From positions 992,001 through 1,056,000 of the forward strand of contig BK006941.2 of assembly GCA_000146045.2 (NCBI GenBank): a stretch of 64,000 nt of DNA, given 5' to 3'. Under the pieces are notes generated by a model. That model made no database searches. It had not been told where the DNA came from and saw only the letters and a program-made list of their open reading frames with translations. Shown one piece after another: positions 22,321 through 34,653 of this stretch (positions are counted from its first letter, which is position 1; every line of letters starts with the position of its first letter). The stretch comes from TPA_inf: Saccharomyces. Lineage: Eukaryota. The translations under genes were made by a program, and so were the position numbers.

Positions 22321-24750
22321 CTAAAGCTCCAGATGCGAAGAAGACGTTCCCGAAGAAGACGTTCCCAAAGAAGAGTCACTATACTCATCATCGTCACTGC
22401 TCTCTTCCGATTCGTCTTCATCCTCGTCACTGCTTTCTTCCACCACCTTTATAATTTTCCTTGGTTTACTCTTCCTTTCTGGAATGTCGGAAAAAAACTC
22501 GTCCAGGCTTTGCAAACGATATTTCTTCCCGTTTTGAGATGTGAAGGTGTTTACGTTACCTTTACCTGAGATGCTATTGCTATCGCCGTCATTGATCCCA
22601 GTCAATTTTGCGTTGGAGCTAGATGTGAAAGATCTTGCTGAGTTGTTGGTAATAAAAGACTGCGATGAAAAACTTTTTTTGTATTTGTTATAGTCTTTCA
22701 ATTCTGCGCCTTCTCTAATATCGTTACCTGTCTCGCCAACCTCAGTAATTTCAGTATTCCAAGGAAGCATTCTAAAAAATTCTTTTATTTCTGGGGTATG
22801 TGTTTCCAATCTTGCAGAAACGATAAAATCGTCACTTCTTGCCGTAGGTTTAGGTGCTTGTAATAGTAGTGACACAATTTCATATTTCCCTGAATCAAAC
22901 AAGGATGAAATCATCCTGGCTCTATCCCTAATATCAAATTCGTCATCATATTTTGCCAAGTAAAGGACCGCATTGTACATTTGAGAGATTCTTGAACCAC
23001 TAAAATCATAGTATGGGGGATTTTGGTTATTTTCTTCGCTTCCAGTAACTTGCGCTTGCTTAAAATTATCAATGTCATATGACAACAGTTTTGCTGATAA
23101 CACTAAGATCTGACATCTTGTCTCAGGACCCTCATTTGAAAAATTCTGGATTAGCCTCCTCAAAACGTCCGGACATATCTTAAATTCAATCGAGGCAATT
23201 TCACCAAATAACCAAACAATACCTGCACGAGCATTATCAGCCAAACTCGTTTGAACTGTTAATAAATCTGCAAGCTTGAAGATTATGCGAAGATGTTTTG
23301 TAGGATTTTTTTGCACCAGCATCCTGATAACATTCACGTATGCATCTAGGACAGAAGCAGAGAGGTTGTGGGATTCCATATGATCAATTAACCACTTCAT
23401 TACATGTGATTCCCAACTCGTTGACAATTGGCCACATCGAGATAATGACTTAACCGCCATAATAACAACATTTTCTGGGAAATGAGCACTGGCAACATAA
23501 TATTTCAATTCTTTGAATATTTCTTTAACGTTTGATTCATTTATTAACGTGGACAAAATTTGGATCTTCCAAATTGATGCCACAATAGGATCTTTGGGGA
23601 AAACGTAAAATTTCTTGGTGTAGGGTAAAAATAGTGTCTGGTCTAAGATCGATAAGAAGTGAATTGCTTGTAAAAGCATTTCTTTGTTACCTTGGTTTTC
23701 TGTCATGGTTACCGTTCTAACCAATGCTTCAATAAATTTAGTATTTTTCATCTGCAATGGTGAAGCTAACTGATATAGCGCATTGCAACACGATAAAATC
23801 ACTGTAGGGTTGGAACTATAAATTAAGCAATTCAAACTCTGTAGAAATAAATCTAAATCAGGGTCATTTACCACCTCGTAAGATGGGTATTCAATCTCGT
23901 TGTATTTATCTGGTAAAGGACAACTCCTTGGGGAACCTTCTGATGATTTATCGACCACAGTTGGTTTTGGTAAATACTGCTTACAGTACTTGATTAGCAG
24001 CTCAATTAAATATGATTGTGACCACGAATCTAGTTGCTTAATTATTCTACAATATCTGCGAAAATGTCCATGCAATAGCTCCAAGTGATCCGCATAACAT
24101 TCTTTGTAAGCTAGGACAGCACAGGATATCACCTTAGGATCTGTATCTGCCATTAATTCTTTCAGAATATCCAACAATTCTTCATGATAGTCATTCTTTC
24201 CAGCCCTATATAATTTGATAATGGCCAAGGCGACTTCACCACGAACCATTGCAGATGGATCTGTAACCAATTTCTTGACAGTATGCAAAATTATAGGTGC
24301 TAATGATGACATTTTCATGTCAGAAAGGGCACTCAAAGCAAAGCATCTCAGTTCGGAATTCGAATCAGACAATGATTTTTGAAGAGAATTAATAGATAAC
24401 AGGGTCAGGTTTGGGTCATTTTCTGCAAATCTAAGTAAATACAGGTGAATAAGTCTTTTCACTTTGGTGTCATTAGTGGTGATATTCTTTACAACATCAG
24501 CAAAGTATAATTGAACGTCAATAGAGTCATCATCGGAAGCCATTATAGATATTATTCTCTTCATTGCATCTCTAACTTCTCTAGAGTTCCTAGAATTTAA
24601 CAAGGTGACTAACTGTTGAGGATTGATGTTTTGAGAATAATAAGTATAGGAGGATTCACCCAGCTTAGAGGTGGCTACCGCGGCAGCTTCCCTCGTTATT
24701 ACTTTGGCCGTATCCAACGCCGATGCAATACGGTGAATTGAATCTACCAT
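22321..24750 (-). CDS. APL6: AP-3 adaptor complex beta3 subunit, 809 aa
   Basis: Adaptin N-terminal HEAT/ARM repeats and an acidic Ser/Asp/Glu-rich C-terminal tail. Length matches YGR261C. Confidence 0.9.
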   Translation of the reverse strand: MVDSIHRIASALDTAKVITREAAAVATSKLGESSYTYYSQNINPQQLVTLLNSRNSREVRDAMKRIISIMASDDDSIDVQLYFADVVKNITTNDTKVKRLIHLYLLRFAENDPNLTLLSINSLQKSLSDSNSELRCFALSALSDMKMSSLAPIILHTVKKLVTDPSAMVRGEVALAIIKLYRAGKNDYHEELLDILKELMADTDPKVISCAVLAYKECYADHLELLHGHFRRYCRIIKQLDSWSQSYLIELLIKYCKQYLPKPTVVDKSSEGSPRSCPLPDKYNEIEYPSYEVVNDPDLDLFLQSLNCLIYSSNPTVILSCCNALYQLASPLQMKNTKFIEALVRTVTMTENQGNKEMLLQAIHFLSILDQTLFLPYTKKFYVFPKDPIVASIWKIQILSTLINESNVKEIFKELKYYVASAHFPENVVIMAVKSLSRCGQLSTSWESHVMKWLIDHMESHNLSASVLDAYVNVIRMLVQKNPTKHLRIIFKLADLLTVQTSLADNARAGIVWLFGEIASIEFKICPDVLRRLIQNFSNEGPETRCQILVLSAKLLSYDIDNFKQAQVTGSEENNQNPPYYDFSGSRISQMYNAVLYLAKYDDEFDIRDRARMISSLFDSGKYEIVSLLLQAPKPTARSDDFIVSARLETHTPEIKEFFRMLPWNTEITEVGETGNDIREGAELKDYNKYKKSFSSQSFITNNSARSFTSSSNAKLTGINDGDSNSISGKGNVNTFTSQNGKKYRLQSLDEFFSDIPERKSKPRKIIKVVEESSDEDEDESEESSDDDEYSDSSLGTSSSGTSSSHLEL

Positions 24751-24973
24751 TGCTGGTTGTCCACTTTTCGATTGTTTGCTGTCTTTGGTTTACCTTTCTT
24801 TTCTTTATATATTTATATATATGGTTCTTCAAAAATGATTTGTCTGAATTTGTCAAAATCTCAATAACTCGGACACGCTTTGATGGTAACATACCTAAAA
24901 GTTATGTACGTTAATATAAATTATAGATACATATTATGTGCAGCGATATACAGGCAGTACGCTAGCATTTATA

Positions 24974-25795
<822 letters not shown>

Positions 25796-25966
25796 TCATC
25801 ACTTATTTGATTTCAAGTAAGGTTATCTTTGTCCTTCAAGTTGGTGATGCGCCGGCGATTTTTTCAACCTTGTTGCTGCTAAAATAATGGAAAATCAAAA
25901 TAAATTTGTGCTGACCCAAATATTTATGTATATAAAAGGGGTTATGTAATTGTCATTATGACAAAT

Positions 25967-27241
25967 TCAGGATTGCATAAACTCAAGAATGCGAGCGATA
26001 GATGGTATGTTGGTCCAGCGATCCATATTACGAGAGTAGTTTAATATTGGGCCCGTATGATAACCTTGGTGTTCAACCAGCACATTTTTGGCGGTAAAGT
26101 GGTTACATCCCTCGCTAGCGTCACTCATTTTCTTTGCCAAGATCTTGTTTTGAAAGCTCAACAACTCATCACTACCATAAGTAATCATCACAGAGCACTT
26201 TTTCAGAATATCTTGCCACATTTTAGTTTCGAAATTCTTTTCAATATTAACAAAAGGGTCGCTGGTAAAATCGACGTTTGGGTTGTTTCCTACAAACATT
26301 CGCCCAAACATCGAATGACTCTTCAAACATAGACCATCCCATTCTTGTGTTCCTTGCATATATTCCTTTTCTCCCTCGTGGAAGAAAGTGGCATTGGCCC
26401 AGGGACTTATGGCTATGACTTTTTTCGGGTATATTTCTCTGTGACACTTTCTTAAATATAAAACAATGTTCAAAACAGCATTGCCACCAGCAGAATCCCC
26501 CATAATCACTACATTTTTGCACCCCATAGTCTTAACAACGTAATCAAAAATGGCCACATTTTGTAAAATTTGCAGAGGGTACTTTTTCGACTGGTCATCG
26601 GTAGCTGTAACGGTATAATCTGGTACAAGAATGGCCATTTTAGGAAAGGCATTTCGCATATTATTCAAGAAAGAAAACGACGTAGGCGTCAATTTAAGAG
26701 CATAACCACCCCCATGATAGAATACTAAAACTGGATCTGTCGTGGGGTCAAATCCTTCCGGCATAACATATTGATAAAACTTTGTGCTAACTATTTTGGG
26801 TGCGTTTAATTGATGGTCTTGGAAAATATTGTTTTCTGGAGATTTCTGATCTTCTATAGGAATGTTGCATTTGACATATGTTGGACTAGAAAATGTAGAA
26901 GGATATAAACAAACAAATAAAGGATTGAGCACGTATTGACAGATGCGTTCATCGAGGATCCAAGAACTTTGTCTTAAAAAACTTCTGTTGACATGGTCAA
27001 GGCAAAACCTACGTTTGCGTTGAAAAATGATCTTCATACTGTCGAGGATTATAAATACAGGCACCACTGTGAACAATAGAGCGGCAAATTTCAATCCATG
27101 GAACAAATGCAAATGGATGGTACTCAATCGAAAGCCCGCATCATTTTGATCTGCATCCTCACTTGATACAGCGCTAATAATTTCATTCTCTTGAAGCCGA
27201 TAATATTCAACTTTTGAGTCGAGACCAGAGTTGGCTGCCAT
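25967..27241 (-). CDS. SAY1: Sterol deacetylase (alpha/beta-hydrolase, HGGGY motif), 424 aa
   Basis: An N-terminal transmembrane segment, an HGGGY oxyanion-hole motif and a GDSAGG nucleophile elbow. Length matches YGR263C. Confidence 0.9.
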   Translation of the reverse strand: MAANSGLDSKVEYYRLQENEIISAVSSEDADQNDAGFRLSTIHLHLFHGLKFAALLFTVVPVFIILDSMKIIFQRKRRFCLDHVNRSFLRQSSWILDERICQYVLNPLFVCLYPSTFSSPTYVKCNIPIEDQKSPENNIFQDHQLNAPKIVSTKFYQYVMPEGFDPTTDPVLVFYHGGGYALKLTPTSFSFLNNMRNAFPKMAILVPDYTVTATDDQSKKYPLQILQNVAIFDYVVKTMGCKNVVIMGDSAGGNAVLNIVLYLRKCHREIYPKKVIAISPWANATFFHEGEKEYMQGTQEWDGLCLKSHSMFGRMFVGNNPNVDFTSDPFVNIEKNFETKMWQDILKKCSVMITYGSDELLSFQNKILAKKMSDASEGCNHFTAKNVLVEHQGYHTGPILNYSRNMDRWTNIPSIARILEFMQS

Positions 27242-27597
27242 TCTTCTTTGAAACCTTTTCCTTTAAAATTGATTTGTGCTGTTCTCATTTCAAGCGACGC
27301 AGGGTATTTTTGGTTTTCAGTTTCTTTTTCCCTCAATTCTATATAATTATGGCGCTAACACGTTAAACATTTGTTATTATAAAGCAGAAGTTATTTATCA
27401 GAAATCAAATCATGAATATTCTCAGCTTAACACTACACAATTACTCAACTAAAAGAAAGGGTATAAACGTGTTAGCGGGAGAATTGTTTTTTAAACTTGT
27501 TTTTATATCAGAGTAAAATCTATATATTAATTGATACACTTTTATCATGTGAAGATTGAAAGGGAAAAGAGAGGAAAAAAAATGCTTCCGATGAACC

Positions 27598-29853
27598 TTA
27601 CACTTGTTGACCACCATATTTGGCTCTCCATTCATCGATTTTCTTTTCATCAATACGTTGGAACAAGTATTCTGCCTTGTTTATATTATGTCCTTCTAGG
27701 ATTGCCAAATGGAATCTATCATCAATTTTTAAAGCTGGTGCATTTAACATCTTGTTTATTTTCTCACCTATTTCTGGCATATATGGTGTGATAATAGAGC
27801 TAACAGCGTAAATAATATTCAAACCAACTGCGACAACAGCATCTGACTTTTCTGGGGACTGTGAAAACAAGGTATTGTCCAACTTATTTTCTTGCAAAAA
27901 CTGGTTACCACGAGCACTTAACGACATGGCAATTTCTAGACCACGTCTTTCATGTCCAAGTTCCATTTCCTTGACGTAATTTGATAAAATTTCGTTGATA
28001 TCTTTAACTAAACCATCATAATTGGAAACCTTCTTGGGGTCGAATTTTGGAACAACACCATTATATTTGGCATTAACAAACTTAATTAATCTGTTAACAA
28101 AGTTACCCAAGTTAGCCAACAATTCACTGTTGTTTCTAGCAACAAAGTCATCCCATGAGAAATGAGAATCACTAGATTCTGGTCTAACAGATGCCAGGTA
28201 GTATCTCCAAACACTTGGAGAAATTCCAGAGTCTTGAGCGTTATTACCAAAAACACCAACACCCCTACTTTTAGAAAATTTACCGTTCTCATATTGTAAG
28301 TATTCTGTAGTATTCAAATGGTGCAACATAGTCCAGTTCTCTTCCGTACCCAATTGAGAACCAGGGAAAACAACTGTATGGAAAGGAACATTGTCCTTAC
28401 CCATGAATTGATACAATGAAACATGCTCTGGATTATTCCACCATTGTTTCCATTCTTTGGTGTAGTTGGAAGTGATGGAAACGTAGCCGATTGTAGCGTC
28501 AAACCAAACGTACAAGACTTTGTCTTTATATTTTTCTAAAGGCACTGGCGTACCCCAAACTAAATCTCTTGTAATACAACGTGGCTTCAAACCATCCTTC
28601 AACCATGATTGCGTAATTGTTTTTGAATTTTTTGACCAGTTACCTTCTTCAGAGGCCTTTTCAACCCATTCAGAAATTTGGCTTTCTAATTTATCCAGCG
28701 ATAGGAAAATATGATCAGAATATTTTGGTTCTGGAGAAGCATCATCTAATTTACAACGTGGATTGATCAATTCAAATGGATCTAACAGGGCACCACATTT
28801 GTCACATTGATCCCCACGAGCATCATCGTAGTGACATTTTGGACATTCACCTTCCACGTAACGATCAGCCAGATAAGAATTATGAACTGGACAGTACAAT
28901 TGCTTCATAGATTGTTCTTCTAGATAACCATTCGAATTTAGCTTTGTAAAAATATGTTGAGCAATCTCCGTTTGCTTGTCCGTCGTAGTTCTACCGAAAT
29001 AATCAAATCCAATTTGGAACCACTTGTAAACGTCACTGTGGATTTTGTGATATTTGTCACATAATTGTCTTGGTGTCACACCTTCCTCCAAAGCTTTAGT
29101 TTCCGTGGCAGTACCATATTCATCAGTACCACAAATAAACAAGGCATTATAATTACGTCCCTTACAGTAACGAGCAAAAATGTCTGCTGAAAGAACACTA
29201 CCGATGATATTACCCAAGTGTGGAACGTTGTTGACATAAGGTAATGCCGAAGTGATCAAGATGTTTCTTTCGTTTGGCTTAGGCAAAATTTCTGAATCCT
29301 TTGGCTTAACTGTTAAGTCAGCTTGGATTTTCACTGCGCCGATGTTTTTGAAAGAAGAAGAATCACGTGGAACATGCTTTTTAGCCAATGCTACAGCGTT
29401 ATGCACTTTGGATGGCAATTCTGGGAATTTAGAATGAACTAAAGAAGAATTTAGAGCATAAACGTTAGCAAACAGGATCAAATCTGTAGTAGTCAATGGT
29501 TCTTTTAATTCGACCAAGTAATTTTCAATGGCCTTATTTGTCAAAACCTCGACATGTTGTTGAGGTAATTCTTTATGATATAACAGGTTTTGTAAAGATG
29601 CCAATGCAAATTGATACTTGTCGGAAGTTTGACCTTCAAAATCATCCATGACATATCTTAGAATAGCGTTAGCATCAAACAAAAGGAAAGGTTCCTTTGT
29701 ATTGCGCAATTCCATGGCAGCATTATCATTGTCAACTTCAGGCTTTAAATTTTTGCTTGCATATTCAAGTGCTAGGGCAATCTTCAAATTGTTCGCTAAC
29801 TGCAAATGGGCAGGATGTTTCTTCGATTTATCAAAGGAAATGAGGAAAGACAT
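27598..29853 (-). CDS. MES1: Cytoplasmic methionyl-tRNA synthetase, 751 aa
   Basis: The track ORF is extended 10 codons upstream. The first ATG (MSFLISFDKSKK...) gives 751 aa. It has a class-I HIGH-type motif (PHLGN), a KFSKS motif and a Cys zinc knuckle (CPKCH...CDKCG). Confidence 0.93.
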   Translation of the reverse strand: MSFLISFDKSKKHPAHLQLANNLKIALALEYASKNLKPEVDNDNAAMELRNTKEPFLLFDANAILRYVMDDFEGQTSDKYQFALASLQNLLYHKELPQQHVEVLTNKAIENYLVELKEPLTTTDLILFANVYALNSSLVHSKFPELPSKVHNAVALAKKHVPRDSSSFKNIGAVKIQADLTVKPKDSEILPKPNERNILITSALPYVNNVPHLGNIIGSVLSADIFARYCKGRNYNALFICGTDEYGTATETKALEEGVTPRQLCDKYHKIHSDVYKWFQIGFDYFGRTTTDKQTEIAQHIFTKLNSNGYLEEQSMKQLYCPVHNSYLADRYVEGECPKCHYDDARGDQCDKCGALLDPFELINPRCKLDDASPEPKYSDHIFLSLDKLESQISEWVEKASEEGNWSKNSKTITQSWLKDGLKPRCITRDLVWGTPVPLEKYKDKVLYVWFDATIGYVSITSNYTKEWKQWWNNPEHVSLYQFMGKDNVPFHTVVFPGSQLGTEENWTMLHHLNTTEYLQYENGKFSKSRGVGVFGNNAQDSGISPSVWRYYLASVRPESSDSHFSWDDFVARNNSELLANLGNFVNRLIKFVNAKYNGVVPKFDPKKVSNYDGLVKDINEILSNYVKEMELGHERRGLEIAMSLSARGNQFLQENKLDNTLFSQSPEKSDAVVAVGLNIIYAVSSIITPYMPEIGEKINKMLNAPALKIDDRFHLAILEGHNINKAEYLFQRIDEKKIDEWRAKYGGQQV

Positions 29854-30655
29854 GCTTGTTGTAAATTTCCGCTTTTTTTTCAAGTTTTATTCCTCCACAA
29901 AGATGCATATCAGGAAGCAAATCATCATTAACATTAGACATCGAAGAAAATTTGTCATCGTCTTTTTTTTTTTTTCGTTTTCTCTTTCGATAAGTTGCGT
30001 ACAGAAATTTTTTCTGCCTCCGAAATCATTCGTGCCTCGTGATATTGAGAAGAAGTGACTATACTCGGGCAATGCATAAATGATCGTTTCGGCGGCTAAC
30101 AAAGATAATCATAGCAAGTCGACAGATCGATAGGATACACCATTATCATCACGCTACGCGTTCTCGGGAAAGCTTTGACTAGAATATTTTTCAAAGTTGA
30201 ATTATATTATGTTAATCTTTTGACTTCATGCCTTTTGAATTCCCCTCCATAGGTTCCCATTTTTGACTTCAACAATTCCTACTTCAAAATCCCTGGTTAA
30301 AGAAGCCTTTCCTCAGTTTGTACAACTATGTCCGCTGTAGCTAAAAAGTTAGCATAATTCATGTTTTATGCCTGAGACGTTTTAAACTAGTACTTAATCT
30401 CTATCAATAAACTTAACCCAGAAGGTCTCAAGATTAAACATGTTATTTTTTCGTCCTTTTATTGAAAAAAGTTGAAATAGCAGCGTCGGGTAATACCAGG
30501 AATATATTTTTATCGGCACGGCTACATAGCGAAGGGTCCATTAGTAAAAATGAAAAGAAATTCCACAAAGTTAGTGAGGGGAAAGTCCTACAGAAGGTCA
30601 AAACAGTTGCTACCGGGTTCAAAGTACTCAATTGAAAATAAACACTGCTACAAAA

Positions 30656-32761
30656 ATGCATGCTACAAACTGGTTCGACGATTGGAACCCAGAAGCTCTT
30701 TATAGAGACGATGTCACTGGCTGCGATGACTGTTCCGAAACTTCGCCAATTCCAAAGTCTGGTATTATATGTGGACCGATATTAAGACTCATCAACATGG
30801 ATTTTAAGGAAAAAACCTACGAGGGGTCTATTATGGTGGTAGTTAGAGGCGAGGAAAACTTTCCGAAAATTACCTATCAGCTAGGGCCCTCTTTGCCCTC
30901 TGAGGATGAAGACATCGAAGTTAACGAGGCATTCTTCGAAGGTAAACTTTTTCATAAGGACATTTTAAAAGATGATAATATATGGTTTTACAGGTATGAG
31001 ATTAAGTTGCCCATGTCCAACTATGAGCAGATGGTAAAATATGCTGTTGACGGTACTATGGAACCACATTATAGGTTCTTCGTTCCCTCTTTCACTCAAA
31101 ATTCGAACGTTATCTCCTATTCATGCAACGGATTTTCACTGAGCGTAGATACATCGAAATTCAAAGGTTCTCTATGGTATGATGTCCTTAAAAAGCATCG
31201 ATACGTTCATTATCATGCCATTCTCGGCGGCGGAGATCAAATTTACTCCGATAATATTAAACTGCATGCGCCAAATCTTAAAGCTTGGCTGGAGACAAAG
31301 GACCCAATTAAGAAGTATAATACTCAGACCACTGAAGAAACAAAAGAGCAGATTAGGCAGTTTTATTTAGAACACTATTTAAACTGGTACGGTTACGGTC
31401 ACTGGTATGGTTCTACCCCAAAATCCAAGACCACCCAAAAATGCTTTGTCAAGTCACTAGCTTGTATTCCTGCCATTAATGTCTGGGATGACCACGATAT
31501 TATTGATGGCTATGGATCGTACAACGATTCCTTCATGAAGACTGAAAATTTCCTCACAGTGGGAAGAATGGCTTACCGATACTATATGCTTTTCCAGCAG
31601 CATGTCAGTGCTTCTAAACAAGATGGCGATGAGTATGCTTATCTCAAGAGCAAACAATGGATTCTAGGTAATGAAAAAGGGAGTTCTTATATCGGTGAAA
31701 GGTCTCACTCAATATTCTCTTGGTTGGGTCCGAAAATGGCCATGTTAGGGTTGGACTGTAGAACTGAGAGGAAATTACACGAGATTTTCTCAGAAAGAAG
31801 TTATTCCTTAATTTGGGAACGTGTCGAAAGGGAAATAAAAAATTTAAAAGGTGGCCACTTATTGCTGATGCTCGGTATCCCGATTGCATATCCAAGGTTA
31901 GTATGGTTAGAATGGCTTTTTACCTCAAAACTACTGGCTCCAATTAAATATTTATCTAAAAAAGGGATATTTGCTAGTGGCTTCGTTAACGAATTTAATG
32001 GAGATGTAGAACTGTTGGATGATTTAAATGATCATTGGTGCGCGAGACATCATAAAAAAGAAAGAAACTACTTGATAATGAAATTGCAAGACATAGGTGC
32101 TAAATATGGCGTCAGAATAACCATATTATCAGGCGATGTACATTTGGCATCTGTTGGGAGATTTAGGGCAAAAATTCATAGACACCATCTCATCATGTCT
32201 GAGGAGAAGGAAAAGGAAAACACCAGAATTATTGAAGAACCAACGAAAGACGTAAGGCTGATTTTTAATATCATTGCTAGCGCCATAGTAAATACCCCAC
32301 CGCCAGATGCAATGGCCACGCTATTGCAAAAAAGATGTCGCTTGCATCATTTCGATTTGGAAACGGATGAAGATGCCGTACCAATTTTTGCCAAGGAAGT
32401 GGATGGAGTACATAAACGTAAAGAATCATGTTTCATGAACAAGAGAAACTGGTCAGATATTATACCTATAGAAAACCTGTTGAATAATCCCCAATTGAGT
32501 AAAGAATTAGGCGTAAAGGTTGGTGATATAGTCATTCCTGGTATCATCACAGAACAGCAAAAGCTACAGAAATTGGAAAACGATGACCAAATTAACTCTT
32601 ATCCAGTAACTTCTGGTGGCTTGTTTACCACCATTCATGTTGAAAGAGATGCAAATCAAACAAACTCACAAACTGTGAGCTACTGTTTACCCATTCCAGA
32701 GTTAACAGTTACCTGCGAACGGTTGTCTCACAAGGGTATCAAACATCTGAATATCACATAG
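30656..32761 (+). CDS. YGR266W: Protein of unknown function, 701 aa
   Basis: The track ORF starts at TTG at 30632. The first ATG at 30656 (MHATNWFDDW...) gives 701 aa, matching YGR266W. I recognise no catalytic motif. Confidence 0.85.
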   Translation: MHATNWFDDWNPEALYRDDVTGCDDCSETSPIPKSGIICGPILRLINMDFKEKTYEGSIMVVVRGEENFPKITYQLGPSLPSEDEDIEVNEAFFEGKLFHKDILKDDNIWFYRYEIKLPMSNYEQMVKYAVDGTMEPHYRFFVPSFTQNSNVISYSCNGFSLSVDTSKFKGSLWYDVLKKHRYVHYHAILGGGDQIYSDNIKLHAPNLKAWLETKDPIKKYNTQTTEETKEQIRQFYLEHYLNWYGYGHWYGSTPKSKTTQKCFVKSLACIPAINVWDDHDIIDGYGSYNDSFMKTENFLTVGRMAYRYYMLFQQHVSASKQDGDEYAYLKSKQWILGNEKGSSYIGERSHSIFSWLGPKMAMLGLDCRTERKLHEIFSERSYSLIWERVEREIKNLKGGHLLLMLGIPIAYPRLVWLEWLFTSKLLAPIKYLSKKGIFASGFVNEFNGDVELLDDLNDHWCARHHKKERNYLIMKLQDIGAKYGVRITILSGDVHLASVGRFRAKIHRHHLIMSEEKEKENTRIIEEPTKDVRLIFNIIASAIVNTPPPDAMATLLQKRCRLHHFDLETDEDAVPIFAKEVDGVHKRKESCFMNKRNWSDIIPIENLLNNPQLSKELGVKVGDIVIPGIITEQQKLQKLENDDQINSYPVTSGGLFTTIHVERDANQTNSQTVSYCLPIPELTVTCERLSHKGIKHLNIT

Positions 32762-33003
32762 TTTAGTTTTGTGATAATTACAGATTTTTATTTAGCAGTT
32801 CAAACTTTTCTATTCATTACTAACGGACTGTCAAGTGCGATGCTGTACCGGAAGTAAATGTATATACTGATTGTTGAAAAAAAAAAAAGCTCAGTCGCGC
32901 GTGGCCTTTCTCTATGGAGATTTCTCAAACGATATTAATCCTGTATATCTCTATTAATTTAGTTAATACATACACGATATATCGTCGCTTTTATTTTTTT
33001 TTT

Positions 33004-33735
33004 TCAAATACTTCTTCTTCCTAAAAGAGTTAAAAACTCTTCTCTTGTTTTATGAGCCCTAAACCCTCCAAGCATACAAGAAGTTACCGTAGAAGATCCC
33101 GTTTTTTGAATGCCTCTTGAAACCATGCACATATGAGAAGCTTCCATAACAACGGCTACACCTAATGGTTTTAGAATATCACTTAGGGCCATTGCAATTT
33201 GCTTTGTAAGTCTTTCTTGAACTTGGAGCCTTCTCGCATACATTTCTGCCAATCTGGCCAACTTACTTAACCCGATGACTTTTTTATTTGGTATATACCC
33301 GATATGAACCTTGCCGAAAAATGGCACCAAATGATGTTCACATAACGAGTAAATTTCAATATCACGAACAATAACCATTTCATCATGATCTTCTTCAAAG
33401 ACAGCATTCTTAATGACATCGTCCATAATGTTCGTTTGGTAACCTTTAGTGAAATAAAGCATGGCTTTAGCGTATCTTTGTGGAGTATCTAGTAGACCTT
33501 CTCTGTTGACATCTTCACCCAGTTCGGTCAAAATTGTCTTGATAGCGCCTGAAATGCGTTGAATTCGTTCCTTTTCCTCCTCTTCAGTTTCCTCTGCACG
33601 TTGTCTTGTACCCACACTTGGCCAAGAAAACCCATCTCTCTCGACAGGAGGGTTTAAAGTGTATGGAGAGGTAGGTCTAATGTTTAACGGGGTTTCATGT
33701 CTTTCTATCTCTTGCACTAATTGGATGTTATGCAT
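33004..33735 (-). CDS. FOL2: GTP cyclohydrolase I (folate biosynthesis), 243 aa
   Basis: The track ORF is extended 18 codons. The first ATG at 33735 (MHNIQLVQE...) gives 243 aa. It has the conserved GTP-cyclohydrolase I core ([24 protein letters not shown]). Confidence 0.93.
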
Positions 33736-34056
33736 TTTGGGATGATTGAAAGTATTGGTTCTAACAAAAAATGAGTCACGCACGCACAATCACGATTGAG
33801 GATGGAGTCGTATAATATTTTATGAACGGATGCTATATCGATCAGACGGTTGGCACCGTAAAAATAAATGAAAGAAGTTAAAGAAGGGCAAATCAGTCGG
33901 ATTATGTGATAAGTATGTAATAGACATGTTTGAAAATTAGGAGCATTAAAATATGCTTTTCATCCTACAGTTGTTCGGTCTTTTTTCTTTTCGGTGAGCG
34001 ACACAGCTTTTCTACTAAGGCCGTACCGGGTCATCCAAATCCTAAATTTTCATGCG

Positions 34057-34653
34057 CTAATAGCGTTGAGGCTGGGTGATAATTCTGCCTACACCATGAC
34101 AAAGAGGACATATATCTTCGTCCAACAGGAATCTGGTGCGTCCGGACCCTCTGCATTCACCACATAGCACGCCACCCAGGCGAGGATCCCCTGGTTGAAC
34201 GTACAAGGGCCTATTACCCTGCCATGCGTTGGTGTACACGGGCATTGTATAGTTTGTGTAATATGTCGGTGCAGAAACAACGTTATTTTGAGGTGCAAAC
34301 CTCCTCCAACACGACTTGCAAGATCGTCCATTCTTCAACTTGTAACCCGTATTTCCACACTTGGAACAGTAAAACCTGGGAGGGTATGTCCAGGGCAAGC
34401 TAGGATTCTGTTGTGGCCTCGGTGGAGGCCGTGGTTGGGAACTTGTAGGCGTATAAGAGTGTGAGTGAGCATATGTTTGGGATGAGGACGTTGCTGGCAT
34501 TGTCGAGGGCCTTTGGTGGGGTCTTGATTGGTGCCCTTGCGCCAAGTTAGCTGCTGGTCTTGGTGGTCGTGGCGGTTGAGATTGCAATCTCTCCTCTTCC
34601 TTGATTACGTCCTCGTAGCTCGGCAGTTCATCATCATGCGTGTCTTTAGACAT
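34057..34653 (-). CDS. HUA1: Proline-rich cytoplasmic protein with a C-terminal Cys-rich zinc-finger-like domain, 198 aa
   Basis: 198-aa ORF with a Pro/Gln-rich middle region ([18 protein letters not shown]) and a CxxC...CxxC C-terminus. Length matches YGR268C. Confidence 0.88.

Noticed and set aside
29854-29883. Upstream in-frame extensions of track ORFs, where the track translates non-ATG first codons as M, at MES1, NOP19 (3630), BUD32 (25768), YGR266W (30632), FOL2 (33789) and RTT102 (51189)
   Set aside because: The first codons are GTG or TTG, or the extension lacks an ATG. Using the first internal ATG gives exactly the known protein lengths (751, 196, 261, 701, 243 and 157 aa).
29648-30058. 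136-aa plus-strand ORF overlapping the MES1 start (dubious YGR265W)
   Set aside because: It overlaps the MES1 5' coding region and promoter in antisense. The sequence is Phe/Lys-rich and low-complexity. No independent support.
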